A DNA stretch of 63,006 nt, filler included, from Actinomycetales bacterium (GCA_045807245.1; 4 parts of 4 records of this genome joined end to end with filler, not necessarily neighbours in it), one strand, 5' to 3'; positions 10,641 through 19,580 are shown, counted from the first letter of the whole stretch. Translations and numbers: made by a program. The notes: a model not told the origin generated them from the sequence alone.

Positions 10641-12040
10641 TCGCCCATCTTCAACTGCATCGCCAGCTCCCGCGCCGGGGGGTGGATGGCCTGGGGCCAG
10701 GACAGGAACGCCTGCAGGTGGTCGGCCAGCAGCTCCAGCGGGAGGCGGGCCCTGATCGCGAGCGCCAGCTGGGCCGCCCAGCCGTCGGCGTCCGGCCCCA
10801 CGCAGGCGGCCCCGACCAGGGTCCCGGTCCCCGCGTCGGCCACCAGCTCCACGCCTCCCGACACCCGACCGGACGGCCCGGCCGGGCCGAGGCCCGCGAC
10901 CAGGGTCGCCCGGTCGACGTCGGCGAGGTCGAACCGGGCTGTGCGGACTTGGAGGCCCTGCTCGCCGGCCTGGTCAGGGGTGAGGCCGACGCAGAGCACC
11001 GCCGGCTCCACGAAGACGGCGCGCGGGACCGCGACGTAGTCCGCGTCGTACCCCCGACCCAGCGCATCCGCCGCGACGACCCGGGCCTGGTAGTTGGCGC
11101 TGTGCGTGAACGAGGACTCGGCGGTGAGGTCGCCAACGGCGTACAAGCCCGGGACCGGCCGGCCGTCGTGGTCGAGGACGTGGCATCGGGCGTCGATCGC
11201 CACGGCGCCGTCGTCGTCCACGCGAGCGTGCACCTCGTCGAGGCCGAGGTCGCCACTGTTCGGACTCCGGCCACCCGCGAGCAGCAACCGCTCGCCCCCG
11301 ATCACCGCGCCGTCCGCGAGGACCAGCCGAAATGCGTTGGTGCCCAATGGTTCTGCCCGCTCGGCCTGCGCTGACGTTCGAACGTCGACACTGTCCGTCC
11401 GCAGCGCGTCGGCGACCAGCCCGCCGACCCACGAGGGCTCGCCGGGCAGCAGACCGTCGGCCACCTCGATGAGCACGACCTGCGACCCCAGCCGGGCGAA
11501 GGCCTGAGCGAGCTCGCAGCCGACCGCCCCTCCACCCATGACGACCAGGTGGTCGGGTCGGTCCGGCGTCGACAGGGCTTCGTCGCTGGTCCAGGTCGGT
11601 ACGGCGCTCAGGCCCTTGATCGGTGGCCGTACCGCCGAGCTTCCCGTGCCCAGCACTACGATCCGCGCCTGAACCTGGCCTTCACCGTCCGGCCCGGTGA
11701 TGCCGACCCGCAACCCGTCCGTGGCCAGGTCCGCCCGGGCCAGCCTGGCCGTCCCCCGCCGTACCGTCACGCCCTCGTCGACCAGGCTCTGTCGCGATCC
11801 CGAGTCGTCGCGACCGGCCGTCGCGCGCTCGCGACGCTCGACGGCCTCGGCCCAGCCGAGCCCGGCCTGGGCCGACAGCAGCAGCGACTTGGACGGGACG
11901 CACGCGACGTACGGACACTCACCGCCGAACCGCCCCCGCTCGACCGCGAGCACCGAGCGGCCCTGGCGCGCCAGCTCGATCGCCGCGATCTTGCCGCCCG
12001 ACCCGGTCCCGACCACGACGGCGTCGAACACGGGCGACAT
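10637..12040 (-). CDS. Class I pyridine nucleotide-disulfide oxidoreductase (dihydrolipoamide dehydrogenase-like)
   Basis: GTGSGG, GGECPYVACVPSK redox-active disulfide, GGGAVG, YAVGD. Confidence 0.88.
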   Translation of the reverse strand: MSPVFDAVVVGTGSGGKIAAIELARQGRSVLAVERGRFGGECPYVACVPSKSLLLSAQAGLGWAEAVERRERATAGRDDSGSRQSLVDEGVTVRRGTARLARADLATDGLRVGITGPDGEGQVQARIVVLGTGSSAVRPPIKGLSAVPTWTSDEALSTPDRPDHLVVMGGGAVGCELAQAFARLGSQVVLIEVADGLLPGEPSWVGGLVADALRTDSVDVRTSAQAERAEPLGTNAFRLVLADGAVIGGERLLLAGGRSPNSGDLGLDEVHARVDDDGAVAIDARCHVLDHDGRPVPGLYAVGDLTAESSFTHSANYQARVVAADALGRGYDADYVAVPRAVFVEPAVLCVGLTPDQAGEQGLQVRTARFDLADVDRATLVAGLGPAGPSGRVSGGVELVADAGTGTLVGAACVGPDADGWAAQLALAIRARLPLELLADHLQAFLSWPQAIHPPARELAMQLKMGE

Positions 12041-12045
12041 GGCGG

Positions 12046-12537
12046 TCAGAAGCTGATCAGGTCGGCGAGCCCGGCGGGGGTGTTGTCTGGTACGACGGCC
12101 CATACGTTCTTCGCGCCGTCGGCGACGTACCAGCCCACCTGGTCCGACACGATCGCCACGACCTGCAGGCCGTGGCGATGGCCCAGCTCAGCGCTCGGGT
12201 GGACCTCCGGTCGCGAGTCGACGTCGCCGTCAGCCACGTTGAGCAGCCACCCGCCGTGGAGGCGGCTCAGGCTGACCACGACGGGCGCCTGACCGTGCCG
12301 GAGCGCGTTGCCTCCCAGCTCGCTGACCACGAGAGCCAGCCGCTCCAGGACGCCGGCCAACGACGGTTCGGGCGGGTCGAGCGAGGGGTGTGCGTACCGG
12401 TGCCGGGCCAGCTCCTCGATCGAGGCTCGCACCTTGGTCAGCTGCGGGGCAACCTGGAGCGGCCAGGTGCCGCAGCGGTCGCCCAGGCTCAGGGGTCGCC
12501 CAGCAGTGAGCGCCAGGGAAGGACGATGTTCGATCAT
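12046..12537 (-). CDS. HATPase_c (RsbW-like) ATP-binding protein
   Basis: LVVSELGGNALRHG, VADG, GLQVV...GW...KNVW. Confidence 0.82.
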   Translation of the reverse strand: MIEHRPSLALTAGRPLSLGDRCGTWPLQVAPQLTKVRASIEELARHRYAHPSLDPPEPSLAGVLERLALVVSELGGNALRHGQAPVVVSLSRLHGGWLLNVADGDVDSRPEVHPSAELGHRHGLQVVAIVSDQVGWYVADGAKNVWAVVPDNTPAGLADLISF

Positions 12538-12671
12538 CGATCTCCTTCCCCGAAGAGGCGCGGAAGTCCCAGCGTCTCGCGGGTCGCGCGCTCGTGCCAG
12601 ACGAATCGCGGCAGAGCTGCCCGATGCCGGGGCGGTGCCCCGCCGGGCGCGCGAGGCGCAACACTGGGGGC

Positions 12672-13259
12672 ATGAGCAAGGTCCACCCCGCGATCGACGA
12701 ACGGATGGCTGCCTTCTTGATGGCGCAGCCGGTGTTCTTCGTCGCGACTGCGCCTCTGTCCCCGGACGGTCACGTCAACCTCTCGCCCAAGGGCATGGCC
12801 GGTACGTTCGCGGTGCTGGGGCCCCTGCAGGTCGCCTACCTCGACTACACGGGTTCGGGGGCGGAGACCATCGCTCACCTGCGGGAGAACGGCCGCATCG
12901 TCGTTCTGTTCTGCGCGTTCGACGGGCCGCCGAACATCGTGCGGCTGCACGGCCGGGGCCGGGTAGTGCTCGCCGGCGACGGCGAGTTCAGCGGGCTGCG
13001 ACGGCGGTTCCCGAAGCAACGGGAGCTGGGGCAGCGATCTGTCGTCGTGGTGGACGTCGAGCGGGTTTCCGACTCGTGCGGGTTCGCCGTACCGCTGATG
13101 GACCTGCGCGCGGATCGCGACCTGCTCGACCGGCACGCCGACAGCCGCGACGCAGACTACTTCGACGCGTACTGGCGGACGCGCAACGCGACCAGTATCG
13201 ACGGGCTCGAGGCCCTGCCAACGCCGACTCAGAAGGCTTCTGCGCTCCCCGAGACCTGA
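12672..13259 (+). CDS. Pyridoxamine 5'-phosphate oxidase-family FMN-binding protein
   Basis: VFFVATAPLSPDGHVNLSPKG, YLDYTGSGAETIAHLRENGRI, SCGFAVP. Confidence 0.88.
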   Translation: MSKVHPAIDERMAAFLMAQPVFFVATAPLSPDGHVNLSPKGMAGTFAVLGPLQVAYLDYTGSGAETIAHLRENGRIVVLFCAFDGPPNIVRLHGRGRVVLAGDGEFSGLRRRFPKQRELGQRSVVVVDVERVSDSCGFAVPLMDLRADRDLLDRHADSRDADYFDAYWRTRNATSIDGLEALPTPTQKASALPET

Positions 13260-14089
13260 AGCTTGCGCCGCGCCCGCTCGTAGAACGTGGTGCGCCCGAA
13301 CCGGACCACCCGGCCGGCGTCGCGCACCATCCGGAAGACCAAGGTGTCACCGGCCTTCGCCCGGCCGCTCACGATGCCGTCGACCTCGACGGCCAGGCTG
13401 CCGCTCGATCCCAGCACGCGCAGCTCGAGGTGCTCGCTGCCGCTCAGCATGATGGCGCGGTTGAAGGTCGAGTGCGGTGCGGCCGGGATGACCAACAGGC
13501 CGTCGACCGTCGGCGACACGATCGGGCCGCCCGCCGAGTACGCGTACGCGGTGGAGCCGGTCGGTGTCGAGATGATGACCGCGTCTGCGGCGTACCGGAC
13601 AAACGGTTGTCCATCGACAACTACTTCGACGGCGGCGACCTTGTCGCCCGGCACCCGGACGAGCGCCACGTCGTTGAAGGCCGTCAGGGTCGGGTCGCAT
13701 GCGCTGCAGGTGACCGCCGTGCGCGACTCGATGGTGAAGGCGTGCGAGTCCACCGCCGACAGGGCATCCTCCAGCTCGTCCAGGTCGACCTCGGCCAGGA
13801 AGCCCAGCCGGCCGAAGTTGACGCCGAGGACAGGTCGCTCGTGCGGCCCGGCCAGCCGAAGGGCCCGCAGCATCGTGCCGTCACCACCGAGGCTGATGAC
13901 CATGCTCGACTCGGCCGCCAGACGGTCCGCCGAGACCGGTACGGCGTCACAGGCGATCCGCGCAACCTCCTCTGCGAGGGCGTAGACCGGGAGCTCGTGA
14001 GCCTTGGCCCAGGCCACGACCTGCTGGACCGCCTGGTCCGGTGACCGGTCCGGGTGCAGCACGATCCCCACGCTGTTGAGCATGCCCAC
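13229..14089 (-). CDS. NAD(+) kinase
   Basis: GGDGTML, GVNFGRLGFL, STPTGSTAYAYSAGGP. Confidence 0.92.
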   Translation of the reverse strand: MGMLNSVGIVLHPDRSPDQAVQQVVAWAKAHELPVYALAEEVARIACDAVPVSADRLAAESSMVISLGGDGTMLRALRLAGPHERPVLGVNFGRLGFLAEVDLDELEDALSAVDSHAFTIESRTAVTCSACDPTLTAFNDVALVRVPGDKVAAVEVVVDGQPFVRYAADAVIISTPTGSTAYAYSAGGPIVSPTVDGLLVIPAAPHSTFNRAIMLSGSEHLELRVLGSSGSLAVEVDGIVSGRAKAGDTLVFRMVRDAGRVVRFGRTTFYERARRKLQVSGSAEAF

Positions 14090-14167
14090 GTGCGGACGCT
14101 ACGCGATGGGCGCACATCGTGGACAGGTCCGGCGAGCTCTGCCGGTATCGGCCAGGAGCGGCGCGGA

Positions 14168-14479
14168 TCAGGGCGGCGGAGCCGGCCGAGGCGGCGCGAC
14201 CGCGGTGTCCTGGCCGTTCGGTGGCTGCGGAAGCCATTCCTCGACCGTCTGGGCGGCGACCTCGCGCAGCTTCACGTTGCTCTCGTTCGAGCGGCGGACC
14301 AGATAGTGGAAGGCCTGCTCCTGACTAATCTGGAACCGGGCCATCAGCAGGCCCTGCGCGAGCCCGATCACGTGGCGGCTTTCCAGCCCTGCCTTGAGAT
14401 TCGCGATCTCCTGCCGGGCGGCATCGAGATCCTCAGCTTCAGCCTCAACCCCTTGCCCGAGGGTGAGATCCGCGGTCAT
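14168..14479 (-). CDS. Stand-alone ANTAR-domain protein
   Basis: Coiled coil then LESRHVIGLAQGLLM...EQAFHYLVRRSNESNVKLREVA; GGAGG before ATG 14479. Confidence 0.88.
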   Translation of the reverse strand: MTADLTLGQGVEAEAEDLDAARQEIANLKAGLESRHVIGLAQGLLMARFQISQEQAFHYLVRRSNESNVKLREVAAQTVEEWLPQPPNGQDTAVAPPRPAPPP

Positions 14480-14562
14480 GAGTGCCACCTCCTCGACGAT
14501 CATTGACCGAAGAAGCGGTAATAGAGTGCCTCGGCATCCGAGCCCGCGCAAGCTGCGTTTCG

Positions 14563-15231
14563 CTACGTTCGGGGCGGTGCGGTTGGCTCGGCCCCGTCGG
14601 GCCAGGCGGCGACGCAGACGCGGTTGCCGGCCCGGTCGGCCAGGATCCACGCCGGGGGGTTTGCGCACTCCTGGACGACGCGGCCTCCGGCCGCCAACGC
14701 AGCCGCCAGGCGTTCCGCGGCCTGCTCCCGGGCCACCGACACATCGACGTGCATCGCGTGCCGCAACGCCTTGTCCGGGTCGAGCTCCTGCAGCCAGACC
14801 GTGGACCCGTGGCCGAGCGGGTCAACGCCGTTGTCCTCGTCCAAGGCGGAGTATCCGAGCACCGCGCGCCAGAAGCCGACGTCGACCTCGTCGGGGCGGG
14901 CCGCGACAGCCAGCTGGACCTCCTGGACCCGGGTGCGGTCGGCCACCGCCTGGTGAGCCCGAGCAAGCTCCGACACCGCCCGGGCCAGCTCGACGTGCCC
15001 CCGCTCCAGACGGAAGACGCCACGGGTGAGGCGGACGGTCAGCTGGTCGGCGGTGATTGTCATCAGCGCCCCCGACTCCTCGAAGCCCGGGACGCCAGCC
15101 AGCGCCTGGGCGAGTCCCGCGGCCGCGGTCATCGACGGGAGCAGGTACACGGCCACGGCACCACCGTGCAGCACGACCCAGTCACCGCCGGCCTCGGCCT
15201 CGAGGAAGTCCCGCCATCCCTGCTCGCTCAT
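14563..15231 (-). CDS. VOC/glyoxalase-like protein with carbinolamine-dehydratase-like N-terminus
   Basis: FWRAVLGY...VWLQE...MHVDVSV...WILADRAGNRVC. Confidence 0.8.
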   Translation of the reverse strand: MSEQGWRDFLEAEAGGDWVVLHGGAVAVYLLPSMTAAAGLAQALAGVPGFEESGALMTITADQLTVRLTRGVFRLERGHVELARAVSELARAHQAVADRTRVQEVQLAVAARPDEVDVGFWRAVLGYSALDEDNGVDPLGHGSTVWLQELDPDKALRHAMHVDVSVAREQAAERLAAALAAGGRVVQECANPPAWILADRAGNRVCVAAWPDGAEPTAPPRT

Positions 15232-15630
15232 GGCCCTACCTCAGCACATGGGTGGCGTAATCGATCGTTGGCCGTGGCTGAGCGCTGTGCGATCGCTAGT
15301 GACGGCCCGCACTGACTCTGCCGAGCAGAGCGGGCCGTCACCCAAACGCGTTCAGGCCGGTTCTGACTGCTGCCCGCTCGACGGCTCCGGTCGGCCCGTT
15401 TGCATCAAGATGGACGCGCAAAGGGGCCCTAACCAGGGTCATGCGGGCTGGTTACCCTGCAACAAGGGCCGCCCTTCGGCGAAGACGTGGGGCGGTTCGG
15501 GGGGTCCTCAGGTGCGGGGCCCGGCCATGGATGGCCCGCCTCGGGCCGGTGACCCGGCTGGGTTCGGCAAGGTTTGCCCAGTCGGGCACCGGTGCCTGGC
15601 TACTGAGGAGCGAGACGGAGTGACCGTGAC

Positions 15631-16122
15631 GTGATCATGCTGACCCGGCCATCCGGCCAACGCTTCGCACTGAACCCGGACCTGATTCTTAGCGTGGAGG
15701 ACGGCCCAGACACGACAGTAACCATGGTCGACGGAGCCACCATTCCGGTTGCCCAGTCCGCCACCCAGGTTGCCGAGTTGATAACGGCCTATCGCGCGGC
15801 TCTGATCGCCAGTCACCAAGACAACGGACGGGAGCGCCTGCAAGTCGTGCGCGAGCAACCATCCCCGCAGGCCGTGACCGCGGCCAGATCGGCCGGTCCA
15901 CCCGCAGCCGCGGATCCTCCCCTAGGCAGTTACCTCCTCATGTCGGTAAGCGGCAGCTGGTACATCGGCTGGCCCAACTCCGGGGAACCGATCCAAAGCC
16001 GCCCGTGGCTCGATCGGTGGCTAGCGGCCCGAGGAGCCTCCATTGCGGACCTGGACTTCGAGACCCCGCAGGCGGCAAAGCAGTTCGAGCACGACTTCGG
16101 GCCGCTGGACGGCCAGCCGTAG
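15631..16122 (+). CDS. Flagellar FlbD-family protein with C-terminal extension
   Basis: MIMLTRPSGQRFALNPDLILSVEDGPDTTVTMVDG resembles the FlbD pattern (I.LTRLNG..F.LN.DLIE.VE.TPDT.ITL.G). Confidence 0.75.
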   Translation: MIMLTRPSGQRFALNPDLILSVEDGPDTTVTMVDGATIPVAQSATQVAELITAYRAALIASHQDNGRERLQVVREQPSPQAVTAARSAGPPAAADPPLGSYLLMSVSGSWYIGWPNSGEPIQSRPWLDRWLAARGASIADLDFETPQAAKQFEHDFGPLDGQP

Positions 16123-16232
16123 AAGACGGTGCCCCGGCCCAGAGCTGCTGGGCGGGGGCACCGGGCTGTCTAGCATCGCTGTCGTGGCCGCGACCACAGT
16201 GAGGATCTTGCGCGCCGGGACCGGCTAACGCA

Positions 16233-16335
16233 CGCGTTCGTCTACTAGTGCTCGCGACCATCTCCTACAACCTCATCGAAGCCGTCATCGCGATCACTGC
16301 TGGCAGCCGAGTCGACTCGACCGCCCTCGTGCTAG
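16233..16335 (+). pseudogene. Fragment of a cation diffusion facilitator (Co/Zn/Cd efflux) gene
   Basis: RVRLLVLATISYNLIEAVIAITAGSRVDSTALV resembles TM1-TM2 of actinobacterial CDF proteins; similarity then ends; in-frame TAA just upstream. Confidence 0.6.
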
Positions 16336-16389
16336 ATGCGCGATGCTTGGCGTCTGCCCTGCGGAGTCAGTGCAGAGCGGTACAGGGCC

Positions 16390-17271
16390 TCAGTCGGCGT
16401 ACTCGATCGTCATGTCCCCGGAGCCGGTCTGCGCGTCGATGAACCGGGACGTCCCGGAGCCGGCTGGGGCTTGACCGATCGACCGGATGCGGTTGTGCAG
16501 GTCGCCCGACCCGGTGCGGGCCAGGACGTAGTACAGGCTGGTGTCCCGCGGCACGCGGATGTTCATGTCGCCCGACCCGGTGCGCGCCTGGACGGTCGTG
16601 GGGGCCCGCCGGAACGTCAGGTCGACGTCGCCGGAACCGGTCTTGAGCACCGTGGAGGTGCTGACCAGGCCGGTGCCGTTGACGTCGCCCGAGCCGGTGT
16701 CGCCGGTGAGGGCCGGGACGTCGGCGCTCTCGACGTCGATGTCACCGGACCCCGTGTGCAGGTTCAGGCTCGCCGCCTGGATCGCGTTGGCACCGACGTC
16801 CCCCGACCCGGCCCGCACGTCGAGCTGCAGGCCGGCCGGCACCCGAACGTCGTAGTGGACCGAGCAGAACCAGAGCCAGCCGAACGCCCCGGAGTGGCAG
16901 TCGGCCGGCAGCGTCAGCAGGTCGCCGCTCAACGTCGGTTCGCCCATGTGCTGCCCGTGCGGCACGCGCGCCCGGCGGTCGATCTCGATGCCACCCGTCG
17001 TACTCGGCAGCAGCGTCACATCGGCCGAGTCGGAGTGGATGGTGAGCGTCTGGCCGGTCAGCGCGAACGACCGGTGCAGGTCGTCCGACGAGCGGCCCGC
17101 GGTCAGGGAGAACAGGTTCAGCGCCGCGAGGATGATGAGGACCCCCGTGATGACGGCACCGATCCGCAGGGCGATGGTCGCGCCGGACGCTCCGCTGGAA
17201 GGCGGGGGAGGCGGCTGCGCGGGCTGCATCGGCGCGGGGGGCGGTGGCGGGGTGGGTGCCGTGACGGACAT
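16390..17271 (-). CDS. DUF4097 beta-strand-repeat membrane protein
   Basis: One TM helix then repeated TGSGD motifs; ATG 17271 lies just after the response regulator stop. Confidence 0.85.
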   Translation of the reverse strand: MSVTAPTPPPPPAPMQPAQPPPPPSSGASGATIALRIGAVITGVLIILAALNLFSLTAGRSSDDLHRSFALTGQTLTIHSDSADVTLLPSTTGGIEIDRRARVPHGQHMGEPTLSGDLLTLPADCHSGAFGWLWFCSVHYDVRVPAGLQLDVRAGSGDVGANAIQAASLNLHTGSGDIDVESADVPALTGDTGSGDVNGTGLVSTSTVLKTGSGDVDLTFRRAPTTVQARTGSGDMNIRVPRDTSLYYVLARTGSGDLHNRIRSIGQAPAGSGTSRFIDAQTGSGDMTIEYAD

Positions 17272-17273
17272 GG

Positions 17274-17945
17274 TCAGTGCTCCTTGGGGTCTGCCGGGTC
17301 GGTGGAGTCGAGGTAGCGCAGGACGGCGAGGACGCGACGGTGGTCCTGCTCGGCCGGCGGGAGGTCGAGCTTGCTGAAGATGTTGCTGACGTGCTTCTCC
17401 ACGGCACCGTCGGTGACGACGAGGTGGCTGGCGATCGCGGCGTTCGAGCGGCCCTCGGCCATCAGCCGCAGCACGTCGCGCTCGCGGGCGGTGAGCCGCT
17501 CCAGCGGGTCGAGCCGGCGGCTGCGGGCGAGCAGCTGCCCGACGACTTCGGGGTCGAGAGCGGTACCGCCGCTCGCGACGCGCTTCAGCGCCTCCACGAA
17601 CTCGCCGACGTCGGCGACCCGGTCCTTGAGCAGGTAGCCCACGCCGCGTGTCTCGCCCGCGATGAGGTCGACGGCGTAGGTCTCCTCGACGTACTGGGAC
17701 AGGACCACGACGGCGACGTGCGGCCACTGGCGACGCAGCACGAGTGCGGCGCGGACACCTTCGTCGGTCCAGGTCGGTGGCATCCGGACGTCGACGACGC
17801 AGAGGTCCGGCTGGTGCTCCTCGACGGCGCGGATCAGGTCCTCGCCGTTCTCGACCCCTGCCACCACGTCGAAGCCGGCCTCGGCGAGCAGCCGGGTCAG
17901 GCCCTCGCGCAGCAGGACAGCGTCCTCGGCGATCACGACGCGCAT
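17274..17945 (-). CDS. NarL/LuxR-family response regulator
   Basis: MRVVIAEDAVLLREG, DVRMPP, GYLLKD, LTARERDVLRLMAEGRSN. Confidence 0.94.
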   Translation of the reverse strand: MRVVIAEDAVLLREGLTRLLAEAGFDVVAGVENGEDLIRAVEEHQPDLCVVDVRMPPTWTDEGVRAALVLRRQWPHVAVVVLSQYVEETYAVDLIAGETRGVGYLLKDRVADVGEFVEALKRVASGGTALDPEVVGQLLARSRRLDPLERLTARERDVLRLMAEGRSNAAIASHLVVTDGAVEKHVSNIFSKLDLPPAEQDHRRVLAVLRYLDSTDPADPKEH

Positions 17946-19216
17946 GGCAGCTCCACCTTCAGGACGGTCGGCCCACCGGCCGGACTGGTCAGCGTTAAGG
18001 TCCCGTCGACCGAGCGGGCGCGGTCGCGCAGCCCGGCCAGGCCGGAGCCGGGCTCGAGCCGGGCACCGCCGACTCCGTTGTCGACCACCTCGACGGTCAG
18101 CAGGTCGCCGACGCGCAGCGCGCTGACCCGGGCCCGGTTGGCCTTCGCGTGCTTGGCCACGTTCGTGAGGGCCTCGCTGACGACGAAGTAGGCGACCGCC
18201 TCGACGGTCGCGCTCGGGCGCGGGGCGACCAGGACCGACACGTCGACCGGGATCGGCGCGCGCTCGGCCAGAGCGGACAGCGCAGCGTTCAGGCCGCGGT
18301 CGGTGAGGACGGCGGGATGGATGCCTCGGGCCAGGTTGCGCAGGTCCACGAGCGCGGCCTTGGTCTCGCCGTGGGCCTCCTCGACCAGGCGGCGTGCGTT
18401 CTCCGGGTCGTTCTCGAACTGCTGCCCGGCCCGGCCGAGGGTCATCGCGACGGCGACGAGCCGTTGCTGGGCACCGTCGTGCAGGTCGCGCTCGATCCGC
18501 CGGCGCTCGGCGTCGACCGCGTCGACCAGGCCGGCGCGGGACTCGGTGAGCGTCTCGACCCGGGCCTCGAGCTCCTCCTCCCGGCTGGCCGCCAGGAACA
18601 GACGGGCCACCGCGTGCTGACCCTCGGCGACGCCGACGGCGATCCACGAGGCGATGATCGCGGCGTACGCGCCGGCGACGACGTGCAGGACCGCGGACGC
18701 CAGGAACGGCAGGCCCCACGACGTGGCCGGGCCCTGGGCGATCCCCGTCCATCCGTACAGCGGGAAGGTGAGGTAGAGCAACGTCATGCCCCAGGCGCCG
18801 ACGACGATGGCGTACCCGATCCAGCCCATGAGCGGCAGGACCAGCAAGCCGTACAGGAGCTCGATCCAGCTGCGCCCGCTGCCCAGCCGACGCACGATGC
18901 GGCGCGGCACGCTGCCGCCGGCGTCCGCCCGCCGTACGTCGATGGGCCGGCCCAGGTAGACGCCGGACCGCCAGCCCTCGAACCGAGCCAGCTGGTGCGC
19001 GAGGGTCAGGACGCCCCACAGCAGGACGACGCCGGTCAGGAAGACGGCAACGAGGCCGATGCTGACCGCGGTCGACACCCAGAAGAAGATGAACGACGCC
19101 AGCCCGATCGGTCCGCTCAACGCGGCGAAGATCGTCGCCCGCCAGGTGCGTCCGGACAGGGGCGCGGCAATCACGCGGACCAGGGCACCGGGCGACCGTG
19201 CCGCGTCTGTCGTCAT
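17933..19216 (-). CDS. HisKA_3 sensor histidine kinase
   Basis: TM sensor region, ERRRIERDLHDGAQQ, EALTNVAKH, DNGVG, GSGLAGL. Confidence 0.94.
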   Translation of the reverse strand: MTTDAARSPGALVRVIAAPLSGRTWRATIFAALSGPIGLASFIFFWVSTAVSIGLVAVFLTGVVLLWGVLTLAHQLARFEGWRSGVYLGRPIDVRRADAGGSVPRRIVRRLGSGRSWIELLYGLLVLPLMGWIGYAIVVGAWGMTLLYLTFPLYGWTGIAQGPATSWGLPFLASAVLHVVAGAYAAIIASWIAVGVAEGQHAVARLFLAASREEELEARVETLTESRAGLVDAVDAERRRIERDLHDGAQQRLVAVAMTLGRAGQQFENDPENARRLVEEAHGETKAALVDLRNLARGIHPAVLTDRGLNAALSALAERAPIPVDVSVLVAPRPSATVEAVAYFVVSEALTNVAKHAKANRARVSALRVGDLLTVEVVDNGVGGARLEPGSGLAGLRDRARSVDGTLTLTSPAGGPTVLKVELPCAS

Positions 19217-19278
19217 GACCGCAACGCTAGGGGCCGTCCACAGACCCGGGCCAGGACGGCACCTGGCCTTCTCGGGGT

Positions 19279-19318
19279 GGGGTTATCCCCCGGACGAGTG
19301 AGTCCTGGGCTGATCCCC
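19279..19318. promoter_or_regulatory. Two GGGG-N4-CCCC-type dyads, candidate response-regulator sites
   Basis: GGGGTTATCCCC (19279-19290) and GGGCTGATCCCC (19307-19318) upstream of leaderless kinase (TAGCGT-7nt-ATG). Confidence 0.45.
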
Positions 19319-19523
19319 TGATCAGGCCGTCGCTGACTGCCACCGTTGTCCCGTGCGCGCCCCTGGACCGCGCACCGATCCGCGGAAGGAGCACGATGCT
19401 CGGCTGGCTCTACATCGCGATGGCCCGGGTCCGCTGACGCGGCACCCAGCCACCCCCCGAAGCGGTCAGCGCGTGGTCGGCGTCTCCTCCGGCCGCGCGC
19501 TGACACCTAGGTGATCCGCAACG

Positions 19524-19561
19524 GATGCAACCTCCCGTCAAGGATGACGGGAGGTTGCATC
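19524..19561. terminator. Perfect 17-bp hairpin downstream of the beta-propeller gene
   Basis: GATGCAACCTCCCGTCA-AGGA-TGACGGGAGGTTGCATC. Confidence 0.7.
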
Positions 19562-19580
19562 GTCGGCGTTCGGACCGGCG

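Noticed and set aside
17274..19019. Apparent 581-aa response regulator and similar long fusions (16390-17727, 50904-52748, 6596-7978, 39400-40797, 1711-3384)
   Set aside because: N-terminal parts are stop-free off-frame extensions over neighbouring genes; true starts are internal
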